A stretch of DNA of 64,000 nucleotides from Minisyncoccota bacterium (GCA_035652395.1 DASRDX010000009.1:208411-272410); one strand, 5' to 3'; shown: positions 31,611-41,165, numbered from the stretch's first letter. Notes: a model not told the origin generated them from the sequence alone. Numbers and translations are program-made.

Positions 31611-31926
31611 CTTAGAATTAATCTTTAAAAGAATCAATGGGTCGTTCAGTCGGTGGAAATATTGATGAACCTGAATCTGCTCGTCATGCAGATAAAATCA
31701 AATCTTCGGCAGGTGAATGCGGTATTATTCTACGGTGATTGAGCCCCGCTTAGCCCACGGGGATTTTTAATGATAAAATAAACACATGAATCAGATTGTC
31801 TTGATTAGATTTACTTTTAAACACGGAGGAAAAAGAAAGTGGATAAAATGGTCTAAAGAAAAAATGAAAAGTTTATCTATCTTCTTCCAAAAAGCTTGTT
31901 TGTCTATTTAATTTTGAGTTAAAGAA

Positions 31927-32952
31927 ATGAACCCTAGGGACATTAAATTATCAAATTTTTATCGAATGGTAACTCAGTCAGACCGTATTAAGTTTTTATT
32001 GAGTTACGCCGTTCTGGCGCCATCGACTCACAACAGCCAGCCATGGCTTTTTAAAATTGAGAATAATGTCTGTAAGGTTTATTACGATCCAAAATATTTG
32101 ATTCCGGTAGGAGATCCTCTAACTCGCGATCTGCATATAAGTATCGGGTGCGCGGTGGAAAACTTGAATATCGCCGCTAAATATTTTGGTATGGCTCCCA
32201 TTGTTAATCTCGGTCCGTTCGAGGAAAAAAATCTTCTTGCAAAAATAATTTTCTCCGAACCCGCCAATAAGCTCGATAACTACGGGAATCTCTTAAATAC
32301 GATCCCGAAAAGAATTAATGCCCGTGGAGTTTTCCAAAAGACCGAAATCAATTTGTCTACTTTGGACGAAGTCAAATCTGAAATGCAAAAGAGTGGTTAT
32401 ACCGATAATTTAACTCTTCACCTCATTGTGGATCGAGATAAAATAAATAGTCTTGCCCGTTTAACGGCACGGGGTCTCCGTATGGCTTATCAAAAACCTA
32501 TTTTTAGAAGGGAAATGTCTCGATGGATGAATAATAGTCTTTCGCCGAAAAAAGAAGGGCTCCACGGTTACGCGCTTAAAATGCCACTGTTTTTGTCTTT
32601 CATTATTCCTACTTTAGTTCGTCTGAAGGATATTGGCCCTTTTTTAGCCGACAAAAATTATCAAAGTATTTCATCTGCTCCGCTTTTAGTAGTTATAAGC
32701 GCCAAGAAGAATGATCCGCACACTTGGCTCGAAACTGGGCTATTAGCCGAAAGACTCATGCTTGAATTTCAGAGTCAAGATCTGCAGACTTCCATTTTTG
32801 TAGCCTCTATTGAAATGGCTGATCTTTATAAAGAGGTTCAGAAAATTTTAAATACGACTGAAATTCCACAATTTCTTTTTGCGGTAGGGAAAATAGACTC
32901 CCTTCATAAATTCACGCCCCGTCATCGATTAGAAAAGAAAATTATTAATTGA
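31927..32952 (+). CDS. Nitroreductase-fold protein, large (SagB-type/Acg-like two-lobed) form
   Basis: LAPSTHNSQPWLF nitroreductase signature. The 341-aa size fits SagB-like FMN dehydrogenases. Confidence 0.65.
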   Translation: MNPRDIKLSNFYRMVTQSDRIKFLLSYAVLAPSTHNSQPWLFKIENNVCKVYYDPKYLIPVGDPLTRDLHISIGCAVENLNIAAKYFGMAPIVNLGPFEEKNLLAKIIFSEPANKLDNYGNLLNTIPKRINARGVFQKTEINLSTLDEVKSEMQKSGYTDNLTLHLIVDRDKINSLARLTARGLRMAYQKPIFRREMSRWMNNSLSPKKEGLHGYALKMPLFLSFIIPTLVRLKDIGPFLADKNYQSISSAPLLVVISAKKNDPHTWLETGLLAERLMLEFQSQDLQTSIFVASIEMADLYKEVQKILNTTEIPQFLFAVGKIDSLHKFTPRHRLEKKIIN

Positions 32953-32953
32953 C

Positions 32954-34060
32954 ATGGATCTCTTCTCTAAAATTAAAAAACAACCTCACAAACCGGATAC
33001 GATCTGGCAACCCTCTATTTTTGATTTAAAAACGCAGAAGGATCAAAAGGCCGTGGCAGATCTTATAGAAAGTGGGGCAATTGACCGAATAATTGAAACT
33101 TTTCATATTCAGAATAAAGAATTGGCCGAAGTTCGGGATCCATCTAAAATTTCTCATCCAACCGAAACAAAGACAGAATCTAAAACAGATCCCGACGAAG
33201 GAGTTTGGGTGTATTTCCCTTGGAGGAAAAGTCTGATTCACCTTTTGGCGAAATCTGATTATATAGAACTTCGGACGTCTCGAAATAGTCACTTGATTAC
33301 CCTGGAGGAACAGAAAAAGTTCGAGGGGGCGAGAATTGGTTTCGCCGGTCTAAATGTCGGTAATCCGGGGGCCGTTTGTATTACGCTAGAGGGAGGATCC
33401 CGTCAGATGAAATTGGCTGACCTTGATCCTTTATCTGTGTCGAATATGAACCGTTTTAATACCGGCATTGATAATTTAGGAGTAAATAAAGTCATAATCT
33501 CTGCTAGACAAATATTCGAAATAGATCCATTCATGGAAATAGAATTGTATGAAGATGGAATTAAGCCGGAAAATATTGATAAATTTCTTCTTGAGCCTAA
33601 AATTGACCTACTCATTGAGGAAATGGACAATTTAAAATTGAAAATTCTTATCCGGGAAAGAGCTAAGCTTCATCGGATCCCAGTGATTATGGTCACCGCT
33701 GATGGCATTTTAGACATTGAAAGATATGATTTGGAACCTGATTTGCCAATTATGGCGGGCAACTTGAGGGCGGAAGTCATTGAAGGGATAAATAATGTTG
33801 TGCCCAGCAAAGGCAACTTGCGAGAAAGAGTGATGTTGGCGCGGGATTTTATCGGGAAGGATCTGCATTCTCAACGTTTAAACGAAGCTTTTGAAAAAAT
33901 TGGTACGGAAATCCCAAGCATTCCGCAGTTAGCCGAATGGACGTTTTTGCGCGGCGCCCTCCTCTGTCATGGCGCAAGAAAAATTCTAAGCGGAGAGAAA
34001 GTGGTATCCGGAAGATACTTATTAACTTCTGACAGTATTTTGAAAAAGAAAATAGCCTGA
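32954..34060 (+). CDS. E1-like ThiF/MoeB-family protein with an N-terminal ~115-aa extension
   Basis: RIGFAGLNVGNPG Rossmann motif and DLDPLSVSNMNRF, which matches the ThiF hhDxDxVexSNLnRQ motif. The start codon is 2 nt after the nitroreductase stop. Confidence 0.7.
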   Translation: MDLFSKIKKQPHKPDTIWQPSIFDLKTQKDQKAVADLIESGAIDRIIETFHIQNKELAEVRDPSKISHPTETKTESKTDPDEGVWVYFPWRKSLIHLLAKSDYIELRTSRNSHLITLEEQKKFEGARIGFAGLNVGNPGAVCITLEGGSRQMKLADLDPLSVSNMNRFNTGIDNLGVNKVIISARQIFEIDPFMEIELYEDGIKPENIDKFLLEPKIDLLIEEMDNLKLKILIRERAKLHRIPVIMVTADGILDIERYDLEPDLPIMAGNLRAEVIEGINNVVPSKGNLRERVMLARDFIGKDLHSQRLNEAFEKIGTEIPSIPQLAEWTFLRGALLCHGARKILSGEKVVSGRYLLTSDSILKKKIA

Positions 34061-34073
34061 TAGAATTTTAACG

Positions 34074-35651
34074 ATGGATGTCTTTCAAAACTTTGATCTT
34101 TTGACAGTAGGAATCGTTACGGCCGGAATTGGTATTCTGGGCTTTACTCTCTACATCAATAATCGGCGAAGCATTACCAACCAAACTTTTTTGATGTTGT
34201 CGGTAGTCTCGATAGTTTGGAGCATTCTAAACTATTTAAGTTACCAGTTGATCCTACCCAACCAGCTGTTCTTGATAAGAGGAGAACTTTTTTGCGCTAT
34301 TTGGCACACTTATTACTTTTTTAAATTCCTGTATGTGTTGCCGGAAGAGACGGTTACTTTTCCGAGATATTATCAGAGATTTTTAATTCCCTGGGTTTGC
34401 CTATTATCTCTACTAACTTTGAGTAACTTAGTAGCGGCCACTCCAGGAAGTTACTCCGGAGATGGTCATTTAATTTCATTCCTGCCCGGTCCCTTAATTC
34501 CTTTTTTCGGGCTAACCATTGTTATTCTGCTTATTAGTGCCTTCATTATTTTAATTCGCAAGATTGTTCGGGCTAAATCAGGTCAGAAAGCGCCGCTCGT
34601 CTATATTTTGATAGGCACTCTCACCACTTTCTTTTTGATCATTACTTTTATTTTCATTTATCCTGCTTTCCGTGGAGATTCACACTATATTATCTATGGG
34701 GCCTTGTTCAATTTCCCTTTAATAGCCCTGACTAGTTATGCCATTTATCAGCGAAAATTATTAAACGTTCGAGCAGCTAGTGTCTCGGTTATTACTTCAG
34801 TCCTATGCGTAGTGTCATTTCTTGAAATTATTTTTTCCAATACTTTAGTTTTAATTATTTTTCGATCCGCAGTCTTTTTAATTGTTTTGGCAATTAGCAT
34901 CTTGATGAACCGTTTTGTGGAAACTATTGCCGAACAAAGAGAAGAATTGGAGCGCGCCAATGAGAGACAAGAGGGTTTAATCCACTTTATTAGTCATCAA
35001 ATTAAGGGGTATCTGACCAAAAGCAAGGCCGCTTTTGCCGGTATTTTGGAGGGGGATTTCGGGGAAGTCTCTGAGAATGTTAAGTCTGTGGCTAAAGAAG
35101 GATTGAAGGATAATCAGGAAGGGGTAGAGACCGTCATGAGCATTTTGAGCGCCGCCAATTTGAAAAGTGGTACAGTTACCTACAAAAGAGAATCACTTGA
35201 TTTTAGGAAGTTAGTAATCGATCAGATCGATAGTCACCGAAAGGCCGCCGTCGATAAAGGGTTGCGTTTTGAAAGTCAGATTGATCAAGAACCGAATTAT
35301 GCTTTGATCGGAGACGGGGAACAATTGAGTAAGCACGTTATCGGAAATCTGATCGATAATTCCATTAAATACACCCTGAAGGGGAACGTCACGATTGGCT
35401 TGAGAAAAAATGGAGACAAAATTTTATTTTGGGTAAAGGATAGTGGTGTTGGAATTACAGATGAAGATAAGAAGCGCCTCTTCACCGAAGGCGGGCGCGG
35501 CAAGGAATCAACTAAAGTGAATGTTGACAGCACCGGTTACGGCCTTTATATCGCCAAACAAATCGTGGAAGTTCATAAAGGGCGCATTTGGGCCGAATCG
35601 GAAGGGGCCGGAAAAGGTTCTACTTTTTTTGTGGAATTATCCGCTACTTGA
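34074..35651 (+). CDS. Sensor histidine kinase (polytopic membrane N-terminus)
   Basis: Six or more TM helices, HisKA H-box FISHQIKG, and HATPase_c N, G1 and G2 boxes (NLIDNSIKYT, DSGVGI, GYGLYIAKQIV). Confidence 0.85.
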   Translation: MDVFQNFDLLTVGIVTAGIGILGFTLYINNRRSITNQTFLMLSVVSIVWSILNYLSYQLILPNQLFLIRGELFCAIWHTYYFFKFLYVLPEETVTFPRYYQRFLIPWVCLLSLLTLSNLVAATPGSYSGDGHLISFLPGPLIPFFGLTIVILLISAFIILIRKIVRAKSGQKAPLVYILIGTLTTFFLIITFIFIYPAFRGDSHYIIYGALFNFPLIALTSYAIYQRKLLNVRAASVSVITSVLCVVSFLEIIFSNTLVLIIFRSAVFLIVLAISILMNRFVETIAEQREELERANERQEGLIHFISHQIKGYLTKSKAAFAGILEGDFGEVSENVKSVAKEGLKDNQEGVETVMSILSAANLKSGTVTYKRESLDFRKLVIDQIDSHRKAAVDKGLRFESQIDQEPNYALIGDGEQLSKHVIGNLIDNSIKYTLKGNVTIGLRKNGDKILFWVKDSGVGITDEDKKRLFTEGGRGKESTKVNVDSTGYGLYIAKQIVEVHKGRIWAESEGAGKGSTFFVELSAT

Positions 35652-35700
35652 TTTTTTATTTAAAGATGGTATAATTCGGAAAATAAACCAAGGAGGTCTT

Positions 35701-36003
35701 TTGGATAAAATCATTGTTGGAATTCTGCGTCGTGAGCAAAAGGACTTGCTTCAGGAAGAAGTTCTCGCCATCGAACATGCCTTTCCGGGAAAAGAGATTC
35801 AGTACGTGAAGCTAGATTCGCGAGATTATCTCGAGCACTCAAAACTTTGCAGAGAGATCAAGCCGAGCGTGGTTATCTTGCCCATGGATCGCCCTATTCC
35901 AGCGAAGGCAATGGAAGAGGGTGTCGTGCATGTCGAAGCCACCACTGGCCGACTGCGAAGGCTTCTGCCATTGCGGCCGGAGTTCGAACCATATGTTTCG
36001 TGA
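35701..36003 (+). CDS. Hypothetical small protein (possible degenerate receiver-like domain)
   Basis: The ORF track ORF overlaps the HK 3' end. It is trimmed to the TTG start at 35701, 4 nt after an AAGGAGG RBS-like sequence. An intrinsic terminator follows. Confidence 0.3.
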   Translation: MDKIIVGILRREQKDLLQEEVLAIEHAFPGKEIQYVKLDSRDYLEHSKLCREIKPSVVILPMDRPIPAKAMEEGVVHVEATTGRLRRLLPLRPEFEPYVS

Positions 36004-36010
36004 TTTTATT

Positions 36011-36056
36011 AGCCCAGCCACCATCAAAAGTGGCTGGGCTAATTATTTTATTTCAG
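36011..36056 (+). terminator. Intrinsic terminator after HK/small-protein operon
   Basis: AGCCCAGCCAC-catcaaaa-GTGGCTGGGCT 11-bp stem followed by a T-rich tract. Confidence 0.8.
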
Positions 36057-36087
36057 TTTTAAGCCATTTTTTGCTATTATTTTCCTA

Positions 36088-37041
36088 ATGGCAAACTCAA
36101 AAATCATGTTCTCCGGCGTTAAGCCAACCGGCCGACCTCATATTGGCAATTATTTTGGGGCCATGCGCCAGTTTGTACAATTGCAGGATAAATATGACAG
36201 TCTGGTGATGATTGCCGATTATCATGCCCTCAATTTCATTCAAAATGCCGACGAAATGACCGAAAATATTGTCGGAGTGATGATGGATTATTTAGCCATC
36301 GGCCTTGACCCTAAAAAGGTAATTTTATTTAAGCAGTCAGATGTGCCGGAACATACTGAATTAACGTGGATTTTTGACACCATTACCACCATGCCATATC
36401 TTCAGCGCGCTCACGCCTACAAGGATGCGCTAGCCAAAAATAAGGAAATTAGCGCCGGCACTTTTAATTATCCGATGTTGATGGCCACTGATATTTTGCT
36501 TTATGATCCGGCCGTCGTTCCGGTAGGAAGCGACCAGAAACAGCATGTGGAAATTGCTCGAGATACGGCTGAAAAATTCAATCGAATTTTCGGGGAAACT
36601 TTTAAGCTGCCGGAGCCAATGATCTTGAGTGAAGTTCAAACGGTGCCCGGCATTGACGGACAGAAAATGAGCAAAAGTTACAACAACACCATTCCACTTT
36701 TTGCTTCGGATGAGGAAATAAGGAAATCGGTAATGAGCATCGTCACTGATTCAGGAGAGGGGGAGCCGACGAATGTGAAAGCCATTCATCTTCTGGTAAA
36801 ACCCGCCGCGGAAGTTGAAAAACTATATTCGGAAAGCCGCGGAAAGTATCAGTCTCTGAAAGAAGCCTTAATTACAGATTTAACTGCTTTCATTTCACCG
36901 CTACGAGAAAAAAGAAAAGAATGGGAGAGTCGGCGAGAGGAGGTGCTGAAAATCTTAAAAGAGGGCGGGGAGAAGGCCCGGGAGCGAGCGGCGGCCAAAA
37001 TGAATATTGTTCGTGAGCGCATCGGGGTAAAATTATATTGA
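36088..37041 (+). CDS. trpS: Tryptophanyl-tRNA synthetase
   Basis: HIGN HIGH-type motif and KMSKS motif are present, together with TrpRS size and consensus. Confidence 0.95.
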   Translation: MANSKIMFSGVKPTGRPHIGNYFGAMRQFVQLQDKYDSLVMIADYHALNFIQNADEMTENIVGVMMDYLAIGLDPKKVILFKQSDVPEHTELTWIFDTITTMPYLQRAHAYKDALAKNKEISAGTFNYPMLMATDILLYDPAVVPVGSDQKQHVEIARDTAEKFNRIFGETFKLPEPMILSEVQTVPGIDGQKMSKSYNNTIPLFASDEEIRKSVMSIVTDSGEGEPTNVKAIHLLVKPAAEVEKLYSESRGKYQSLKEALITDLTAFISPLREKRKEWESRREEVLKILKEGGEKARERAAAKMNIVRERIGVKLY

Positions 37042-37077
37042 AATAGCTTATAGCTTATGGGCGTTAGCTTTTAGAAA

Positions 37078-38478
37078 ATGCAAAGAACCTATATTAAAAA
37101 CTTAAAGGAGAAAATCGGACAGGAAGTCAAAATTAATGGTTGGATTGATATTCGACGTGATCAGGGAAAACTGATTTTCTTAGATTTTCGCGATATGAGT
37201 GGCTATGTACAAGGTGTAATCTTGCCTAAAAGTGAAGCGCATGAGATTGGGGAAAAGGTCCGGCCGGAATGGGTGGTAGAAGTCCAGGGTCTTGTCAATA
37301 AGCGACCGGAAAAAAGTGTTCAGCCGGAAAAACTAAACGGCGATATTGAACTGGAAATTAAAGAGATAGTGGTTTTAAACGAGGCGGAAACTCCACCGAT
37401 TGATGTTCAGAGTGACGGTCACGAAATCGGAGAAGAACATCGTCTAAAATATCGTTACTTGGATTTGCGGCGGCCAAGGTTGCAGAAAAATATTCGCCAT
37501 CGCCATCGAGTGGTGAAGTTTGTGCGGGATTTTCTGGACAAAGAAGGCTTTACCGAAATTGAAACACCAGTTTTAACTAAATCAACACCGGAGGGTGCTC
37601 GAGATTATATTGTGCCGTCTCGGCTTGAACCGGGCCATTTTTACGCCCTTCCTCAATCGCCACAGCAATACAAGCAGCTTTTGATGGCTGCTGGTTTGGA
37701 GAAGTACTTTCAATTTGCCAAATGTATGCGCGATGAAGATACTCGAGGAGACCGACAGCCGGAGTTCACTCAACTTGATCTGGAAATGAGCTTCGTGGAT
37801 CAAGATGATGTGATGGCACTTAATGAAAAGCTTTTGATTGAAATGGTTCAGGCGATTTATCCAGATAAGAAAATTCAAGAGATTCCATTTCCAAGAATTT
37901 CGTACGCGGAGACGATGGAAAAATACCAGACTGACCGGCCTGATCTCAGAGAAGATAAAAATGATCCAAATGTTTTGGCTTTTTGCTGGATTATTGATTT
38001 TCCTTTCTTTGAGAAAACTGATAAAGGGGCTTGGACATTTACTCATAATCCTTTTTCTGGCGCCAAGACCGAGCATCAAGATTGGCTTAAAAACAAAGAG
38101 AATATTGATCAAATTTTGACTTCTCAATACGATATTGTCCTGAACGGCTATGAAATTGGCGGCGGTAGTATTCGAAATCATAATCCAGAGGCTCTGACTT
38201 CTGTTTTCGAAATCATGGGATATTCAAAGGAAAGCATTGAAAAGAGTTTTGGGCATATGCTGGATGCTTTTAAAAGCGGTACGCCACCGCACGGTGGCAT
38301 TGCTTGGGGTTTTGATCGCCTGATGATGATACTTGAGAACGAGCCAAACATCCGTGAAGTAATCGCCTTCCCAAAAACTGGAGAGGGAAGAGACCTGATG
38401 ATGGATTCGCCAAGCGAAGTATCTGATGAGCAACTGCGAGAGTTAGGAATCAGTCTAAAGAAAAAATCGCAAGGTTAA
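37078..38478 (+). CDS. aspS: Aspartyl-tRNA synthetase, short form lacking the GAD insertion
   Basis: OB-fold N-terminus and class IIb motifs FRDEDTRGDRQPEFTQLD, GGGSIR, GLDR. 466 aa. Confidence 0.92.
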   Translation: MQRTYIKNLKEKIGQEVKINGWIDIRRDQGKLIFLDFRDMSGYVQGVILPKSEAHEIGEKVRPEWVVEVQGLVNKRPEKSVQPEKLNGDIELEIKEIVVLNEAETPPIDVQSDGHEIGEEHRLKYRYLDLRRPRLQKNIRHRHRVVKFVRDFLDKEGFTEIETPVLTKSTPEGARDYIVPSRLEPGHFYALPQSPQQYKQLLMAAGLEKYFQFAKCMRDEDTRGDRQPEFTQLDLEMSFVDQDDVMALNEKLLIEMVQAIYPDKKIQEIPFPRISYAETMEKYQTDRPDLREDKNDPNVLAFCWIIDFPFFEKTDKGAWTFTHNPFSGAKTEHQDWLKNKENIDQILTSQYDIVLNGYEIGGGSIRNHNPEALTSVFEIMGYSKESIEKSFGHMLDAFKSGTPPHGGIAWGFDRLMMILENEPNIREVIAFPKTGEGRDLMMDSPSEVSDEQLRELGISLKKKSQG

Positions 38479-38517
38479 CTTTGTTTTAGCTGAAGCTAGT
38501 GATATGCTAAAAATCCT

Positions 38518-38541
38518 CCAGGAAATTCCTGGTTTTCTTTG
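38518..38541 (+). terminator. Intrinsic terminator after aspS
   Basis: CCAGGA-AAT-TCCTGG followed by TTTTCTTT. Confidence 0.7.
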
Positions 38542-38552
38542 TCTATAAAAGT

Positions 38553-40382
38553 ATGAAAAACACCCCGAAAATCGGCATAAAAGAGGTGGCGCTCTCATTC
38601 TGGCGGATAGTCAAAACCGTTCGTTTTTGGCTTATACTCACTTTAATTGGGAGTATCGGCCCCACTGTTATTGATATCTTTGTTCCGCTGCAATATAGAA
38701 ACTTTTTTAACTTATTGGCTGACGCCACGGATAAGGCGGCGACCATTCCCGCTCTTTCGAAAATCATTGTTATTGTTCTTGTTCTGAATTTAGCCGAATG
38801 GGCTATTTCTCGGATTGGCACTATCGGTATTGACCGTTTCGAGAGTAAAGGTTCAATCAGGATACGTCAGCTATCGTTTGAATATCTAATCGATCATTCT
38901 TACACTTTCTTTGCCAATAATTTTACCGGATCGTTGACACAGAAGATTGGCCGCTATGCCCGCGCATATGAGAGTTTGACCGATCGGATCTCTTACAACA
39001 TTATTCCGCTTGCTATTCGAATTGTCGGAACGATTATTATTGTCTTTACTATTAACAACGTCATTGCTTGGGTAATTGTCGGCTGGACAATTCTCTTTTT
39101 AGCTTTTAATTACACCTTTGCCCGATTCAAACTGAAGTACGATATTGCCAAAGCGGCTGCCGATACTAAGTCCTCGGGCCTTTTGGCTGACAACATCACC
39201 AATCACAACACCATTCAACTTTTTACTGGACAACGAATGGAGAACGAAAGATATAAGGAAACAACAAATGAACAGCTCCGCCTCGGTCTTTTGGTAGCCA
39301 ATTTAAATGAGGCAATGGACGCCACGCAAGCTTTATTGATGATCCTGATGGAATTTTTTCTGTTCTATTTTTCCATTCGATTGTGGGCGGAAAATCAAAT
39401 CAGTTTGGGAACATTCGTGCTTTTTCAAACCTACATTCTTGGTCTAGGTTATCGACTTTGGGGGTTCAGTAACATCATCCGCAATCTTTATGAAGCGTTT
39501 GCCGACGCCAAGGAAATGGTGGAAATTCTGCATTTGCCACATGAAATTCAGGATCAGCCAAACGCCCAAAATCTTCAAATCAGGAAAGGGGAGGTGAGAT
39601 TCGAGAATCTTTCATTTAGTTTTAATGAAAATAGGCAGGTGCTAAAAGACGTTGATCTAACAATCGCTGGCGGAGAAAAAGTGGCTCTTATCGGCCCTTC
39701 GGGTGCAGGTAAATCAACTTTCGTTCGCCTCTTACTTCGACTCTATAACGTTACTAGCGGTAAGATCTTGATAGATGAACAAGATATTCAGCAAGTGCGA
39801 CAGGAAAGTCTCCATGCCAATATTAGTCTGGTGCCACAGGACCCAATTCTTTTTCACCGAACCTTGATGGAAAATATTCGATATGGAAAGCGTGACGCCA
39901 CCGATGAAGAGGTGATTAGAGCGGCCAAATTGGCACACTGTGATGAATTTATTGAGAGCTTGCCGAAGAAATATGAAACTTATGTGGGAGAGCGAGGTAT
40001 CAAGCTTTCCGGAGGGGAAAGGCAGCGGGTCGCCATTGCCAGAGCCATTCTGAAAAACGCGCCAATTCTAGTGCTGGATGAAGCGACATCAAGTCTTGAT
40101 TCACATTCGGAAGCTTTAATTCAGGACGCCTTGGAAAAGCTGATGCAGAATAAAACCGTAATTGTTATCGCTCACCGACTTTCTACTATTCAAAAAATGG
40201 ATCGTATTGTAGTAGTAGAAAATGGCAAAATCATTGAAGAAGGTACACATCAGTCGCTGCTTCAGAAAGAAGGCGGGCTGTATCAGAAATTATGGAATTT
40301 ACAGGCAGGCGGTTTTATTGTGACTGATGATGGGGAAGAGGAGACTATTGAAGAAAAAGATACAGAGGAGGAAGAGGATTAA
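38553..40382 (+). CDS. ABC exporter, fused permease/ATPase (MsbA-like)
   Basis: Six-TM N-terminal domain, Walker A GPSGAGKST, signature LSGGERQRV, and Walker B ILVLDEAT. Confidence 0.9.
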   Translation: MKNTPKIGIKEVALSFWRIVKTVRFWLILTLIGSIGPTVIDIFVPLQYRNFFNLLADATDKAATIPALSKIIVIVLVLNLAEWAISRIGTIGIDRFESKGSIRIRQLSFEYLIDHSYTFFANNFTGSLTQKIGRYARAYESLTDRISYNIIPLAIRIVGTIIIVFTINNVIAWVIVGWTILFLAFNYTFARFKLKYDIAKAAADTKSSGLLADNITNHNTIQLFTGQRMENERYKETTNEQLRLGLLVANLNEAMDATQALLMILMEFFLFYFSIRLWAENQISLGTFVLFQTYILGLGYRLWGFSNIIRNLYEAFADAKEMVEILHLPHEIQDQPNAQNLQIRKGEVRFENLSFSFNENRQVLKDVDLTIAGGEKVALIGPSGAGKSTFVRLLLRLYNVTSGKILIDEQDIQQVRQESLHANISLVPQDPILFHRTLMENIRYGKRDATDEEVIRAAKLAHCDEFIESLPKKYETYVGERGIKLSGGERQRVAIARAILKNAPILVLDEATSSLDSHSEALIQDALEKLMQNKTVIVIAHRLSTIQKMDRIVVVENGKIIEEGTHQSLLQKEGGLYQKLWNLQAGGFIVTDDGEEETIEEKDTEEEED

Positions 40383-40415
40383 GAAGAGGGGTCGGGCTTC
40401 GCCCGACCCCTCTTC
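40383..40415 (+). terminator. Very stable 15-bp GC-rich hairpin immediately after the ABC exporter stop
   Basis: GAAGAGGGGTCGGGC-ttc-GCCCGACCCCTCTTC. No U-tract. The scpA -10 follows directly. Confidence 0.55.
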
Positions 40416-40433
40416 TACTATATAATTATTAGA

Positions 40434-41165
40434 ATGACGACAAAATTCGCCATCAAAACCGAACAATTTGAAGGGCCTCTTGATCTGCTTTTAAACCTGA
40501 TTGAGAAGCGAAAGCTTCTGATTAACGACATCTCTCTAGCCAAAGTGACCGATGATTATCTGGGCTATTTAAAAAATCTACCTCAATTTTCCATTCCGGA
40601 AAGCGCCAATTTTATATTAATTGCTTCTACTCTGGTTCTTATAAAGTCCAGATCTTTATTGCCGGTAATCAGCCTCTCGGAGGAAGAAGAAATGAGCATT
40701 GAGGAGCTTCAAGAGAGGCTTCGAGTTTACAAAATTTTGAAAGAGGCTACGGCCGGCCTGCGCGAGCACTTTGGCCGAAAGATAATTTTTCCAAAGTCAT
40801 CAACGCGAATGACGGTTTCTGTCTTTTCTCCGGCAGAGGATTTATCCCTGGACTCATTAGTAAGTTCCATGCAAAATCTCTTAGCTAATCTACCAAAGAA
40901 TGAGCGACTGCCAAAAACGGTAGTGGAAAAAGTAATTAGTCTGGAAGAGATGATTGATAGTCTGACGGTCCGCATCAAAGATTCCTTAAAGATGAGTTTT
41001 CGAGAGTTTACCAAAATTAGCAAAGAGAATAAGATAAATATTATCGTCAGCTTTCTGGCCATGCTTGAATTGGTCAAACAGGGCATAATTGATGTCACCC
41101 AAAATACCAATTTTGACGATATTCATATGGAAACTCAAAGTCTTGAAACTCCAAAATATAATTGA
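40434..41165 (+). CDS. scpA: Segregation and condensation protein A
   Basis: FEGPLDLLLNLI ScpA N-terminal consensus. Confidence 0.88.
   Translation: MTTKFAIKTEQFEGPLDLLLNLIEKRKLLINDISLAKVTDDYLGYLKNLPQFSIPESANFILIASTLVLIKSRSLLPVISLSEEEEMSIEELQERLRVYKILKEATAGLREHFGRKIIFPKSSTRMTVSVFSPAEDLSLDSLVSSMQNLLANLPKNERLPKTVVEKVISLEEMIDSLTVRIKDSLKMSFREFTKISKENKINIIVSFLAMLELVKQGIIDVTQNTNFDDIHMETQSLETPKYN

Noticed and set aside
35521-36003. 160-aa ORF as given in the ORF track.
   Set aside because: Its first 43 codons overlap the histidine-kinase 3' end in another frame. Trimmed to the TTG at 35701, which has an AAGGAGG upstream.
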